A DNA stretch of 64,000 nt from Octopus bimaculoides (taxonomy: Eukaryota): contig NC_068981.1 of the NCBI RefSeq assembly GCF_001194135.2, positions 149,994,586-150,058,585 of the forward strand, read 5' to 3'. Below are positions 1 to 13,502 of this stretch, one piece after another. A program made the position numbers and the translations under genes. A model generated the notes under the pieces. It did not search any database. It saw only the letters and a program-made list of their open reading frames with translations, and was not told where the DNA came from. Positions within the stretch are counted from its first letter, which is position 1. Each line of letters begins with the position of its first letter.

Positions 1-463
1 AAAACAAGTTTCGCGTAAATCGGACCAGTGGTTATTGAGATATTCGGGGTTTTGGTGGTATAAATACTCAAAACTGTGCATAATGAGAAAATACTACAAA
101 AATAACTTTACCCTAGAAGGAAAGGAACTCTAAACTTTCCATTAGGCACATCATGATGGGCATAATATTTTAAAATGAAAATGGCTTTAAAAATACGGTA
201 AATATTTTGTGAAGGAACCTTGGTTCGAAACCTTGGTGTGAAATACTTTTTTTTCTATTGGTTTCTTTCAAGTGCATTCAACGTATCTCACCTCCAAAGA
301 TTTGGCTGTTATTTCTAGCACGCTCTGCTACCATGTAGCAGCTATTTGCAATAAGGACTCGAAATACTTGTTATGTAGTAGAAAACATGCGAAATAACCT
401 GGAAAAGAAAAGAAAAGCCACGAAATAGAACTCCGTTGCTAGGAAACTCAGACTTTCCCGGTG

Positions 464-489
464 ACCCAGTGCGTCACGGGTAGTCTAGT
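464..489 (+). mobile_element. Helitron-like 3' terminus (subterminal hairpin + CTAG/T)
   Basis: ACCC(A)GTG-CGT-CACGGGT hairpin at 464-481, then CTAG at 485-488 and T. This is the standard Helitron 3' end layout. The 5' extent is not defined. Confidence 0.45.
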
Positions 490-497
490 AATAGTTA

Positions 498-1532
498 TTA
501 ATATCGAAGCCTATTTTCAAATGTGCTGCAGATAACAATTGTATAGAATATTGATAAAAGCTGCGCTGAATGGGCAAGTGCGTTATCATGGTACAATTGA
601 CACTCACCGGACGCATGCAATTGTGACCTTTTCCGACGAGTAGTATCCCGCAAACGCCGCAAAACGTCAGGGTAGTACTCCTTGTTTACTGTCTGACCGG
701 GTGGAGCAAACTCATGACAAACAAACTCCTTGTAGTCGAAGAAAATGGTTAACAGTGTCTTCACATTGCTTCCACTCATTCGTTCTTTCTTCGGTCTCGG
801 AGAGGTTGGTGTCTTCCACTGCGAAGACTGAGCCTTTTCGGGGTCATAGCCATAGACCCACGATTCATCAGCCGTTATGACCGTATTCAAAAAAATTTCA
901 TCGTTCTCGACACAATCAAGGAAATCTTGTGCAATTGAAACCCGTGTTATTCTTTGGTCAGCTGAAAGTGGTTTTGGCACAAACTGCGCAGACACGCGTC
1001 TCACACCCAAATCTTCACTGATAGTGGACTGAACCGAACCATAACTAATCTGCACATCTTGTGATAAATCACAAATGGTGATTCGACGATTTCCTCTGAC
1101 AACTACACGCACATCTGCGATGATTTTTTCTCAGTTCTGCTCTTTTCAAGTCTCCCAGACTGTCATCACTATCGACAGTTTTTCGGCCATCTTGAAACGT
1201 CTGAACCACTCGCACAATTATGTGTAGCTCATACATTCCTATCTATACACTTTCTGCAACTTTGTGTTGGCCTCTGAGCAGGTATCTCGAAGCTTTTGGC
1301 CAAATTTGTTGTAGATTCTGTACTCACTTCCTCTGATATAGTCAATACGACGATTACACGTTACACACGTTCCTTCTAAGAACTGCTGTAAACAGTGGAA
1401 GTGAACTAGAAAGTTAAAACTTAATGCGCGTGCAAAACAGAGTTCAAGGTCAATCTGTGCCAAGCGGCTTTACTCTGCGTGCGTTAGCTTCGTTACTATG
1501 GCAACAGTCTGGATACTTATTGATCGGACCAC
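498..1532 (-). mobile_element. Mariner transposon relic: left TIR plus disrupted transposase, 3'-truncated
   Basis: ORF 498-1112 has mariner motifs VSAQFVPKPL (WVPH/REL-like), TVITADESWVYGYDPE, EFAPPGQTVNKEYY and LYHDNALAHS. The N-terminal HTH (EYRIYNKFGQKL...EWFRRFK) lies at about 1140-1330 with stops and frameshifts. TIR-like GTGGTCCGATCAATAAGTATCCAGACTG on the minus strand at 1505-1532. The third catalytic D and right TIR are missing. Confidence 0.92.
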
Positions 1533-1541
1533 ACACACATA

Positions 1542-1606
<65 letters not shown>

Positions 1607-2168
1607 NNNNNNNNNNNNNNNNNNNNNNNNNNNNNNNNNNNNNNNNNNNNNNNNNNNNNNNNNNNNNNNNNNNNNNNNNNNNNNNNNNNNNNNNNNNNNN
1701 NNNNNNNNNNNNNNNNNNNNNNNNNNNNNNNNNNNNNNNNNNNNNNNNNNNNNNNNNNNNNNNNNNNNNNNNNNNNNNNNNNNNNNNNNNNNNNNNNNNN
1801 NNNNNNNNNNNNNNNNNNNNNNNNNNNNNNNNNNNNNNNNNNNNNNNNNNNNNNNNNNNNNNNNNNNNNNNNNNNNNNNNNNNNNNNNNNNNNNNNNNNN
1901 NNNNNNNNNNNNNNNNNNNNNNNNNNNNNNNNNNNNNNNNNNNNNNNNNNNNNNNNNNNNNNNNNNNNNNNNNNNNNNNNNNNNNNNNNNNNNNNNNNNN
2001 NNNNNNNNNNNNNNNNNNNNNNNNNNNNNNNNNNNNNNNNNNNNNNNNNNNNNNNNNNNNNNNNNNNNNNNNNNNNNNNNNNNNNNNNNNNNNNNNNNNN
2101 NNNNNNNNNNNNNNNNNNNNNNNNNNNNNNNNNNNNNNNNNNNNNNNNNNNNNNNNNNNNNNNNNNNN

Positions 2169-2220
<52 letters not shown>
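1531..2220. repeat. (CA)n and (TG)n microsatellites flanking assembly gap 1607-2168
   Basis: Directly visible. Confidence 0.95.
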
Positions 2221-2224
<4 letters not shown>

Positions 2225-3944
2225 GTGTGTGTATGTATATAACGTGCGTGTGCATGTGTGCGTGCGTGCATGTGTGTATTTACCATTGCCTTGTTAAAAA
2301 TATACTATTACATCAAGAATAAACAGATAAATATTCTAGCCTGAAGCAGGGAATTTATGAGATACTCAAGTACATATTTCTGGAAGTGCAGACTCTATGA
2401 AGACATCAAACATCCAACCGCTGTGCTCTGCATCAAATGAAAAATTATGTGTTGAGGTTGAGGTCAGTCTTATTTCGTATTTTGATATTTGTACTTATAT
2501 TTTCTCAATGACTATAATTACATTATTCTGCTTAGTTAATACCATTAGTGTAGCCTTAATTCAATACGCCAATTTTAATATATAAACATTCAGTACGGCA
2601 ATTTAAATGCATAAAATAGGATTCCCGACCTTGATCTAGAAACAACAACGCTATACCTAACCAACTGTAAACTGACAGGTATAGTTAGCCGTTAACTGTG
2701 ATACAATTGAATGTTCTCCTGATATAGTCAGACTAAAATAGAATTAATGCAATGAATGATTGAATAAGTGAATGACTGGATAAATCAATCGATCAATCAA
2801 GCATGTTCAATTATGCTATTTTTGTTTTGTTTTAATGTTTACGAACATTTGGCTTTATAAAAAAGCGTATGAAAGCCAAGATATATTGTAAATAAAAAAT
2901 GTATTTCAAAGTCAAGGGAAAATAAAATGATGTTCAATAATCTAAAGCTGAATGTTTTCATATTACATTCATGTTTCTGCAGATTGTTACATACATAACA
3001 TTTTTCACAAAACATATTTTACACTGTTGTGGCTGACAGTTAAAACATATTAAACAATGAATATAATGCCTCAGTAATTCATGAAAGTTTATGTACTTTA
3101 AGATATATATACATATGTGTGTGTGTGTGTGTGTGCGTATTTGATCGATAAACGTATGTAATATAAAGCAAGCGATATTGACTATATGGATAATTAATAT
3201 CTATTGTTTTAGGTCTTAAAAACTCTATTATCAAACTTATACATCCTCACAAACCCGATCACATATACACACATACAGATACACGTACATGATCACAGAA
3301 AACACTAAAACATTTTGTAATCATTTGATTGGGAAACTTACGCCTCCACCAACACAAAGGGCCTCAATGTTAAAAACAAAGTACACAAGATTGATTCCAT
3401 CCTTTTATTTTATAACATACTAACTTTTACGCCTATCAAAAGCTCGCCTCAGTGAAAAGAGAGACTACATACAAACATATACTCACACCTATACTGGACT
3501 TTAGATTTAAACTCCGATGAAGATACCGGGTGATATACAATCACTCAAATATGAGTGCATTGCATATTAAAGAAGAAACACCTGTAAGCTAGTGAAGTTC
3601 AGGACACAATTTCTTATTCTCTTGTTTATCTAATTTAATATTTCTCTGTATTCGACTGATGTTTTGCTCTGAAGCATATGTACATTAAGTTCTAACAACA
3701 GACTATTATCATTAGCCTAAGCAAAATAATAAAATTCAGTGTGTGTGTGTGCGTGCGCGTCTGTGTGTTGGAGCATAATTTAACATTGTGCACTTGTTTT
3801 ATCTGTCACCTGTTTTGATAAGAAATCAAGTATAGTGGCTGGTAGAAATTTCTACGTACAGTCATTTTGGTTCTGGTTTCGACTTACTATATATTAAATC
3901 ATCTATATTCTGAAGTTGGTATTGAGTACTTGTTTCTTGGTGGT

Positions 3945-3999
3945 TACACACACACACACATACACACACACACACACAAACGCACACACACACACAAAC

Positions 4000-4047
<48 letters not shown>
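3945..4047. repeat. (CA)n microsatellite
   Basis: Directly visible. Confidence 0.95.
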
Positions 4048-4050
<3 letters not shown>

Positions 4051-4639
4051 AATTTATAATACGAATATATGAAAGTTACAGAATACCATCTAAGTTTGTT
4101 TGACCTGGCATTTATAGAGGCTGTGCAGCAGTCAGGGTGTTCGAAAACGGTTACCTACAATTATATTATACTGTGATAATTATAGAACAATTGCTTATTG
4201 ATGATTGCTTCTTGATTCATGGATGCGAATTTAATTTATCTTATTTCAACAACGATTTTGCAGCAGTATCTTCTCTCAAATGTATCTCGTATATTTTCGC
4301 GTTCAGAATTATATTTTTCATTACTTTCGCTCATTAAATACTGTTTTTATGTTGGTAATGTATTAAAGTTTCAATAATAATATCTGAATATAAAAGAAAA
4401 CTGTTTTATGTTTCGTTGAAAATACTTTTGTCGTTTAGAAGTTGTTCAATGCCGCAAGCACATTACCATACAGTTGATATTCTGGTTCACATTACTATGT
4501 CGGTGGATATATATTTGCAACTGACGTTATTTTGATTCGTGAAGATAACTACTGATGGTTGAGGGATATCTAATCATATATCTCTTGTTTTCTTGGCACT
4601 AAAAGTAAGACCAAATTACTTTTCACTCCAACACTTAAA

Positions 4640-4900
4640 CTAATCAGATATTGCAAGTGTCAAATGTTGTCTGTCAGAGCGACAAAAATAAAAAATAAAA
4701 GGGAGATTATTTTCAAATCATGCAAAACACAGATCGTTACTTCTAAGCGTAGTTCCTGATTAATCACAACAGCAAAAAGGAAAAGAATATAACGTTCTTC
4801 ACACTGAAGTAACCTGAGGTTGATAAAGAAATGGAAATGGTGTTTGAGATTCATGTTTTTTTCTAAACGCATCTGCGATGTAAATAAAAGTTCCTGAACT
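4640..4900 (+). mobile_element. Highly decayed hAT (Buster/ZBED5-like) transposase fragment
   Basis: Broken frames give KGRLFS..., EYNVLHTEVT*G (cf. LLxHTEVRWLSRG) and VFEIHVF. No TIRs seen. Confidence 0.4.
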
Positions 4901-6039
4901 GGGAAATGAGTCGATTTAACCTCTTTTGTCACACAAGGAATGCATTGAGTAGTTCATATTTAATCAATTTAACTTAGAAGTAGAAACGAATATCTAATGT
5001 TTAATTGGTGAAGCTATTTCGTTTGTCCATTTACTTATTTTATTGTATTATTTCAACTCTGGATTTATATATCAACAACTACATTTTGCTATCAGTCTGA
5101 AAGCTTAAGGACGTGAAAAGATGAAGTAAAATTAGGACACAGAAATAGGCAAATGTGTCAATATTTGTTCAGTAAATTCCCTGCAAGAATCCATTGCAAT
5201 GGTATTGTTTTGAAGCACGTCTGCAAAAGTCACAATGCACTTGAAATACGCTTGCTAACACTTGAAAAGCCACTATCTACTCAATAAGACTTAACTTTCT
5301 TTCGGTTCTTTCTTTGCTCTAAGTGTATTTATTCTCTGCATTATTATTTAGCATTATAATTAAAGGTCTTTATATTCCAATATTGATATGCGACTTGAAA
5401 ATGTTAAATCGATATAGCATAAACATCATCAAAATATAGTGATATCTAGTTAACTACTTACTGCAGTAAAGTGAATATGTGGTGCATTTGGAAGTTTAAT
5501 TAATAAGTTATCAGAGAACATAAGATAGCGTGTAGAAATAAGGAGTTCAGCGTTTAAACAAAATTACCCTACTGTGAATAGTAAGAAGCAACGATATCAG
5601 TAGACATATATTCTCACCTTGCTTATTTCTGGTGGTGCTTTATAGTATGATACTAACTCATGCTACATTATTTTTCTGTAAGCTTATTAACAGTATGTAT
5701 AGATTTTATAGATACTAATTGGAACAATATTTCGATCTTACAGGTTGTGAGATCTAAACTACAGGAGTATTTCATTAGACAACTGTACTGTGATTATACC
5801 ATACCTCTGGGAATGCAAATGTTTAACTTATAGCGTCAACGCGATTGAAACGGCAAATAATGCGATGACATATGACCTACAACAATCTGAAAAATATAAA
5901 TTTTTTTTTCTGAGAAATGGCAGAAAATCAAACACCAGCAAAAGTTTCCAATGTGATTAGTGAAGACACACATGACACATACACACACACTCACTCACTA
6001 AACAGACGCACGCACGCACACACACACATGCGGGTATGT

Positions 6040-6091
<52 letters not shown>

Positions 6092-6569
6092 GCGCGCACA
6101 CACGCAAAATCATTAATCAAGTGTTATGCATAATTTTACTTGTAATCTATTTTGTTAAGCAGCTGTTCTGAACTGAAGTAGTTTATGCCGCTGAAGAGGA
6201 CAAAATTCAGTGAATCCTAATATATTTAGTCTCTGACTGTTTTGAGTTTAAGTTGTCTCTGGGGAGAATATAATGTTATGTTTTTCTTGGATGTGTATCG
6301 TTACTGTGATTTTATTCATTTGACGATTTGTTTCTCATGCCCTATAAGATATTCTTCCAAACCAGAATTTCAGTCTTTTGGAATTCCTCCCTGTCAATGT
6401 TTAGCCTTTAGTCATTGATTTGCCGTCATCTAAAAACAACCCACATTTATTTCACCGGTCTTTGAGGTCTGAGTAATCCATAGGCATCACAATTCCTCGA
6501 GACCAAGCTATTTTCCCTGAAACTTAGGAAACAAAGTAGAGGCGTGTGAACTATCCAAAATTCCTTTCC

Positions 6570-7302
6570 GCTCAATATCTTTTGGTGAATTTTGCTTTTT
6601 GGACCGTGTTTTGGTGGCTCGTCTTTGTCCAACCATCGTGCTGAACGTTTACAGTTTTTGTACTGGATCCATTTCTCATTACATGTTACAATTCGATTAA
6701 AAAATGATTCATTTTTGTGACGAGAAAGTAGCGTAATTCTGGTTTCCAAACGTTGCTGTTTCTGATTTTCATTGAGTTCAAGTGGAACCCACTTATCTAA
6801 AATTTTAACTTAACCGATTTGAAGTAGGTGATTCAACATTGTTTTCTTGCTAACACCAAACAACAATGATAATTCACAGGTACTTTGAGATGGATCTGAC
6901 TAGACAGTGGCTTTCAGTTCGTCATTATCCAGCTTTGTTTCTGGTCGACCGCGTTGCTCATTTGTGAGGTCAAAGTTCCAGAACAAAATTTTGCAAACCA
7001 ATTTGATACTGTCTGCTGTGTAATATTAGAATGAAATACTCCATCAATATTCCGAGCTGTCTGTGATGCTGTATTTCCAAAAACCAACTCATATTTCAAA
7101 ACTGCACAAATTTCCGACTGATCCATTTCTAAACAAAAACACCAAAAAACGATTTATAAAGCACAAAATGCGTTAGAATAAAGAAATGCGTCAGCTTTCT
7201 AACAAAAAATAAAATCGTCAAAATATAATAATGGCGCAAAATGAGCAGCTGCCAAAGTTTACCATATACCTTACTACAAATTTCATACTTGATGACCTAA
7301 TA
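6570..7302 (-). mobile_element. Mariner (Hsmar1/cecropia-like) relic, 5' half with TIR
   Basis: MDQSEICAVLKYELVFGNTASQTARNI...TVSNWFAKF (6914-7126) and FFNRIVTCNEKWIQYKNCKRSARWLDKDEPPKHGPKSKIHQK (6447-6749 ORF) parallel the Hsmar1-type sequence. TA+TTAGGTCATCAAGTATGAAAT TIR ends at 7302. Confidence 0.88.
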
Positions 7303-7329
7303 CTTCGATCTGCGTGCGATCATTCCCTT

Positions 7330-7738
7330 TGCATAAAAGTCATGTTCTTTTCAAAATATGCCCTAAGCGGCATACGTCGCGCAAACACTTACATTCGCCC
7401 TCTTTAGGGATTCCCTGATTTCTGCTGTGATTGCTGCCTTCAGTTCACCAATCGTTTGAGGGTTCTTGTAAACATTATCCCACAGATAAAAATCTGGTGA
7501 GGTTCAACTCCGGTGAATGTGGTACCCACTCAATGTCACACTTACTGCCGATCAGTCTCTACTGAAATCGGAAATCGCTCTCTCAGCTGGGGATTCATTT
7601 TATACGTGAGGGGTGGCCCCGCCTTGCTAGAATCACTGTTCATCGCGATCTACTCCTCTGTTTCATTTTATTCACGCAGTCTTTTCAAAGTTTTGCGGGT
7701 TGTGCTTTTTTTTTTTTTTGGTGGGAGGACACCCTGTA
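7330..7738 (-). mobile_element. Internally deleted Tc1/mariner-superfamily element (DD37D/maT-like C-terminus)
   Basis: Minus strand reads WVPHSPELN/fs/SPDFYLWDNVYKNPQTIGELKAAITAEIR (cf. WPPRSPDLTPxDFFLWG). TA-CAGGGTGTCC terminus at 7728-7738. Confidence 0.75.
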
Positions 7739-9210
7739 TATTAGAATTTCCGGATTCGACTGTAAAATTAAGAAATTCGTTGAGGGCAATGCATGAATTT
7801 GTGGTTGGGAAGTTTACTGCATTTTGAGTGAAAGATTTCTACAATTTCCTCAGGTTTACCAAAGATTTTTGAATTGAAGTTAGATAGAGGGACATCTTGT
7901 GGAAGTCAGTTGATGGAGCTTCAACTCCTTTTTGATTCTAAATTTAATTTATTGTCCGGTTTTAACCGCCACCTAGTTTTCGGTTGCCATTAGCAAGGTT
8001 TACTCTCTTGCAAGCAATTGAACTATGTTTCTTGCTTTTTGACCCCCAAAACCCTTAATCTTGAGACGAGTCATATGCACTGCCATCAAGAAATTGGATC
8101 ACAGCAATTCACGAATGTTTCCATGGATTTCTTTGCTACAATCAAAAATGGTCCGCAGAAATTCAAGAATGCTTCCATGGACTGCATTACTAAAATCAAA
8201 AGCTCCAATATTGATTAGACTAGTATAACGAAAACTTCATTGGAGAAGCAAAAGCAGCCTTACCATTTATCAACACCAGGAATGAATTGCCAACTTCGAC
8301 AGTACTAACTCGTGGATTTGCACTTGATTCTGCATGTATCTGCATATGATCTGTGGTGTTTAATTGATTGTCTCACGTTATTTTCACCACACAAGTAACG
8401 ACAACCAATTGGATAACATGTTTGATGGTAAATAATTCGATGGTGGTGATATATTTATTAGCACTTTCTTATTGCTGAAGTCTGTTCCATATAGCTTATT
8501 AATGAATTCCATTAATTCTCTTCCAGCATTCATTTAATTCTAATCAAGCTTAGTTTGGCAGTGTAAAAATTAGTTTACATATTCTTTTTCTACTAGAACA
8601 TGAAAAACATTGCAAATGCAAGACGCCAATAATTCCAACTAACCGAAATTGTAGATAATTAAATAAACGTGAAGAAGAGAAAGTGAGAGAGAGAGGGGGA
8701 AGAAACAAAAGCGAAAAGTGCAATTAATCTTCTTTAATGACTTTATAAAGTTCTAATTAGGAATTAGTGTTGGAATTTGCGGTGAAGTATATATTGATTG
8801 GCAAAGGCATAGTCAGAATAATTACTTACGTTAAATATAAGTTTCTTGACCATAGGTACAAGGATGAAACTAAAGATATTTACAATATATTGTTCAGTAC
8901 TTCTTTATTTTTATTTATCCTTACATATACATGTTTCCCCTTTATCTGCTTCACGATTTCATCCGGTAGGTTCTCTCTCTCACATTGTCCTGGTGTCATT
9001 TCTTTCCTGTTGTTTCATTTTTATTTTATTTTATTCTTAAATTGATATAATTTGTTTACGATTAAACTATCTTAAAATCTTCGTTTCTATGTGTACATTT
9101 ATATATATTTATATATATTAGGATCATTGTTATTAACCAGACATGTTTTACTGTTTGTGCTTTCCTCTGTCACATTTGCTAAGAAACTGTTTATTGTGCT
9201 TAAAGCTTCA

Positions 9211-9213
<3 letters not shown>

Positions 9214-9296
<83 letters not shown>
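9214..9296. repeat. Compound (CT)n(CA)n microsatellite
   Basis: Directly visible. Confidence 0.95.
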
Positions 9297-9298
<2 letters not shown>

Positions 9299-10191
9299 AT
9301 TTCCCAACTTTATTCCTTCTAATATAGTAGCACCAATATATTCTTCGTCCCTTCAAATATATCAGCACAATTATGGTTCTATACCATACTTCTACAAAAC
9401 AAAATTTTTCTTCGATACTCAACAAAATATTCACACGCAACGTAGACGCTACATGCAACGTAAATATCATACGTAATCCCGAACTATACATAGTCTAGAC
9501 ACCACCAAGGGCAACAATCAGCAGAACCATGCTCTTGGTGTCTCTTCCAACTGTAAAGCGTCTCTATTACTGCATATATCAAGAAAATACCATCGCTCCA
9601 CAGAGTCTAAAATGAGCGGTATTTAATAGGAGTTTTCCAAATGCTAGGCCTCACTACAGCCAATAATATCACATGGATACGAAAATAACATAAATAGGTT
9701 CGCATCGAAAAGCTTGGAACTTCTCGTCGTGACAAGAAAATATTTTAGGCGTAACAAATTCCTGACACACTATAATGCATAAATAAACTACACACGGGAG
9801 TGTGTTCCCATATCAGGAACATTGCTGCATCCTGAACTATATCGATGAAAGAGACAGTTTGAATCATTAATATTAAATCACTCTCAGCCATACTCCAGCC
9901 TCTGGCCCTCATCGCTTCTGTAATAGCCTTCGTAACTTATCTTTATTATTACTGCAACTGCCAAACCCCATTTTACTCTTCCCACTGTACACAGTTGATC
10001 TTCTTCAAAATCTCAGCAATCTGCTCCTTACACGTGTATTTTTTACAGGCATTGACTTGGTACAATTTAAACGAAACATTAACAGCATCAGTTTCTCCTG
10101 TCTCGAATTGTGTGCTGTTATCGTGGGCAATGCGCCTTCACTCAGTACTGCAACATCTATGGTAGATAAGTATATAACTCGTATTGCATTA

Positions 10192-10192
<1 letters not shown>

Positions 10193-10282
<90 letters not shown>

Positions 10283-10300
10283 GTATGTATATACATATAT
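10193..10300. repeat. Compound (ATAC)n/(TA)n/(GTAT)n microsatellite
   Basis: Directly visible. Confidence 0.95.
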
Positions 10301-11379
10301 ACATTACTTTACATTTTTTATTGAGGACCAAATATTTTATTGATATTTTCCATATTATTCATCAGAGCTAATATGTATATTTAAAGTGTGAGTGTAAGTG
10401 TATTTATATTATGCATAGTATAATACGTGTATGTGAGTCTGTATTTTGTGCTTTTATATAACTCGAATTCAATAACATTCAACGTAGATGTATATTAATA
10501 TTTATAAATATATGTTTGCATTTTTAGATTTTGAGTCAGTCTGAAATGATGTCTTCGTATGTGTATTTGAGTAAAATAGTGATTTATTTTGTGATGGAAA
10601 TAATAAAACAACATTTGTTATGAATAAAATTTATATAAACTATAAAACATTCATAAATATTCGGATGTGAATTATCATCAGATACACAACAATAGAAAAA
10701 CACAAATTTTCGATATGATTAAGAATAGATTCTTAGCTCTACCTTCAGGCGAAATCAACATCTTTCAGGTCTATTAGAGAAGTGTGATAGGTTACACTTG
10801 AGATATGAATATAAGAGGATGGTGGTGATGGTGGTGGTGGTGGGTGTGGGTGGTAGGGGTGTTGCGCAGGGTACTTCAGTGTTTTATTTTTTCCTTCTCT
10901 AGAAATTATTCCGAAATCAAATTTGAGTTTGATAGTCGTTGCCTGTAAATAAATTAATAGATCTATCTACATCTATACACATTCACTACTATGCTGTCGT
11001 GACATTTACTAAATGGCAAAGTAACATATATATATATTTTTTATTTTTCAAGTTCTTTTGTATCGCATTTTGGTAAAATATCAGCGTTTTGCAGTTTAAT
11101 GGAATTTTAAAAGCATGTTACATTTTTATTCTAATCTGTTCATGTATATGCATATATGCACATACACACACACATTCATATATTCATATATAAAAACACT
11201 CATAAGTACACATATTTTTTGTATATATGAATGTGTGTGTATAATATATATGTACATACACATTTATGTATACCTGTTACACAAACAAAAACACATTTAT
11301 AATCACGTATACAGTGATGGAACATCGTCGCACGACGATGACGATTCAGTTATTCGATAAACTGAAATACCTCCTTCTG

Positions 11380-11910
11380 AATTCACGGGAGTGGTCGAGC
11401 ATCCTACAGACACGTGTGAACTTAATGTAATTCGCAGGAAAAACTAGCGTTACCCAATGTGTGATAAACTGTACCTTTAGAATTAAAGGTACAGTCGCTC
11501 AAACTTCTTTCAAGTTTTCGTCAATGCAATTTTAGTCGCAAGGTATGGCTGAACATGAGGCTACCGTAAATGTCATTTCGCCAAGATGTCGTCGAGGGGG
11601 ATCGTCCCGGGGAAAACAATTTCTCAACTATTCGACCAAACTACGCTTACAAATTCCAGCCGTCACTTGCAAGCGTATATGACCTGGTTTTTGTATCCCA
11701 CATTCATTAATAGATTTTGCTGCCTATGTAGATACATGCAGATATAGATACTGTGTGAGTTCTTCCACTATTGACAACAGTGGGTTATGGAAGATATGAC
11801 TCTTGAAGGGAGAGTAAGCTGCGCCAGTAACTGATCTAATGTTGAATAGACCAAGCCAACGTGAAAAGAAGTGCCTTGTTCAAGGACATGATGCTCTGCA
11901 ACGTTAAAGA
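11380..11910 (+). mobile_element. Decayed interspersed repeat (SINE-like) fragments
   Basis: GAGTGGTCGAGCATCC..ACAGACACGTGT and GCCAACGTGAAAAGAAGTGCCTTGTTCAAGGAC segments. The latter resembles 54060-54110. Family recognised from memory only. Confidence 0.4.
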
Positions 11911-12839
11911 AACCTTATGTATATGAACCCTTTGGAATCCATTAATATATATGCACGTGGGTGGGCATGCATTAAGGGGTTCTATACGCTGATCCAATTC
12001 TCATTTGGCACCTAGGTGCTTTAAACCATTGTTTACCGAGCTTATATTTCAGAACTAGTTTTCTAAGTTTTTCTTACGTTATCTTAAATTATTTCATAAT
12101 ATGTTTGTCGGTATATTTGTAAGATGTTCTGAAGCTGCAGCAATTCTATAAGTGCAACCAGGACTTTTTATTAGTTATTACCAATTCTCTCTCAACTGTA
12201 CCTGACTATTGTTTGGAGATTTCTACGTGGCTCAAAACGAACTAACTCCTGAAAACTATCTTCCAGTACATTCTTTTCTGCTACACGTTCANNNNNNNNN
12301 NNNNNNNNNNNNNNNNNNNNNNNNNNNNNNNNNNNNNNNNNNNNNNNNNNNNNNNNNNNNNNNNNNNNNNNNNNNNNNNNNNNNNNNNNNNNNNNNNNNN
12401 NNNNNNNNNNNNNNNNNNNNNNNNNNNNNNNNNNNNNNNNNNNNNNNNNNNNNNNNNNNNNNNNNNNNNNNNNNNNNNNNNNNNNNNNNNNNNNNNNNNN
12501 NNNNNNNNNNNNNNNNNNNNNNNNNNNNNNNNNNNNNNNNNNNNNNNNNNNNNNNNNNNNNNNNNNNNNNNNNNNNNNNNNNNNNNNNNNNNNNNNNNNN
12601 NNNNNNNNNNNNNNNNNNNNNNNNNNNNNNNNNNNNNNNNNNNNNNNNNNNNNNNNNNNNNNNNNNNNNNNNNNNNNNNNNNNNNNNNNNNNNNNNNNNN
12701 NNNNNNNNNNNNNNNNNNNNNNNNNNNNNNNNNNNNNNNNNTATATATATATATATATCAAATTGCTGGCTTCTGCCAAAATTTGAAACCATTATAAGAA
12801 TAACAAAATATAAACACACGCACACGCACACATAGCCAC

Positions 12840-13030
12840 GGGCATGGCTGTGTGGTAAGAATATTTTGTCCCAACCACATGGTTATAAGTTAAGTCCCAC
12901 GGTATGGCACTCTGGGTAAGTGTCTACTTCTATAGCCTCACGCCAACCAAAGCTCTGTGAGTAGATTTGGTAGATGGAAACTAAAAGAAGCTCGTCGGAT
13001 ATGTATGTATGTATGTATGTATGTATAGCG
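12840..13030 (+). mobile_element. tRNA-derived SINE family A
   Basis: Head GGCATGGCTGTGTGGTAAG (A-box-like), body GGCACTCTGGGTAAGTGTC..CCAAAGC..GATTTGGTAGATGGAAACT..AGAAGC, (GTAT)n tail. Homologous to copies at 13503, 47720 and 53545. Confidence 0.8.
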
Positions 13031-13502
13031 ATAAACATTGTTTCTCAGTATAGATACTGCTTTTGAATAGAGATTTTCTTAACGAGCTAATTTGTTTATT
13101 GCAAAATCAGTGACTGTACGTCACTTATTTTTTAGAAGCTGGGGTGAAGTACTGCTATGTCTAGCAGCTGAGTATCCATCGTCTACAATGAGCATAATAA
13201 GGGTGATAGCTGGACTTCATAGCTGGAATATGGTAGGGATTTCTCTCCTCACTTGCAAGATATATTGAGTACAAAGTGCACTGGTAACCAGCTGCAGGAG
13301 GCGTCCACCGGGGGTTAAAACAGCACTGTCCTCCATATTTAGAGAACATCCTATTTAGATGACTATAAAAATTCCTTATTTATATGGGCACAGTTTCAAA
13401 ACTGAAACAAGTAAAAGATAAAGATTATATGTGTATTTATATACATATTACATATATTTATATATATTATATAGATGCATATTTATATATGTNNNNNNNN
13501 NN

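Noticed and set aside
1424-2286. Long ORFs with HTHT/CVCV runs and X stretches (also at 12192-12835, 46553-47830, 49729-50209)
   Set aside because: These are translations of microsatellites and N-gaps.
6191-6240. CTGAAGA-GGAC... possible hammerhead
   Set aside because: There is no downstream GAAA or coherent stem I/III, so it is too degenerate to call.
8018-8218. 66-aa ORF with an internal repeat (NVSMDFFATIK / NASMDCITKIK)
   Set aside because: It is a short local duplication in probable repeat DNA with no splice or domain support.
10820-10862. G-rich tract as a G-quadruplex
   Set aside because: It is mostly (GGT)n with fewer than four G3 runs, an ordinary low-complexity repeat.
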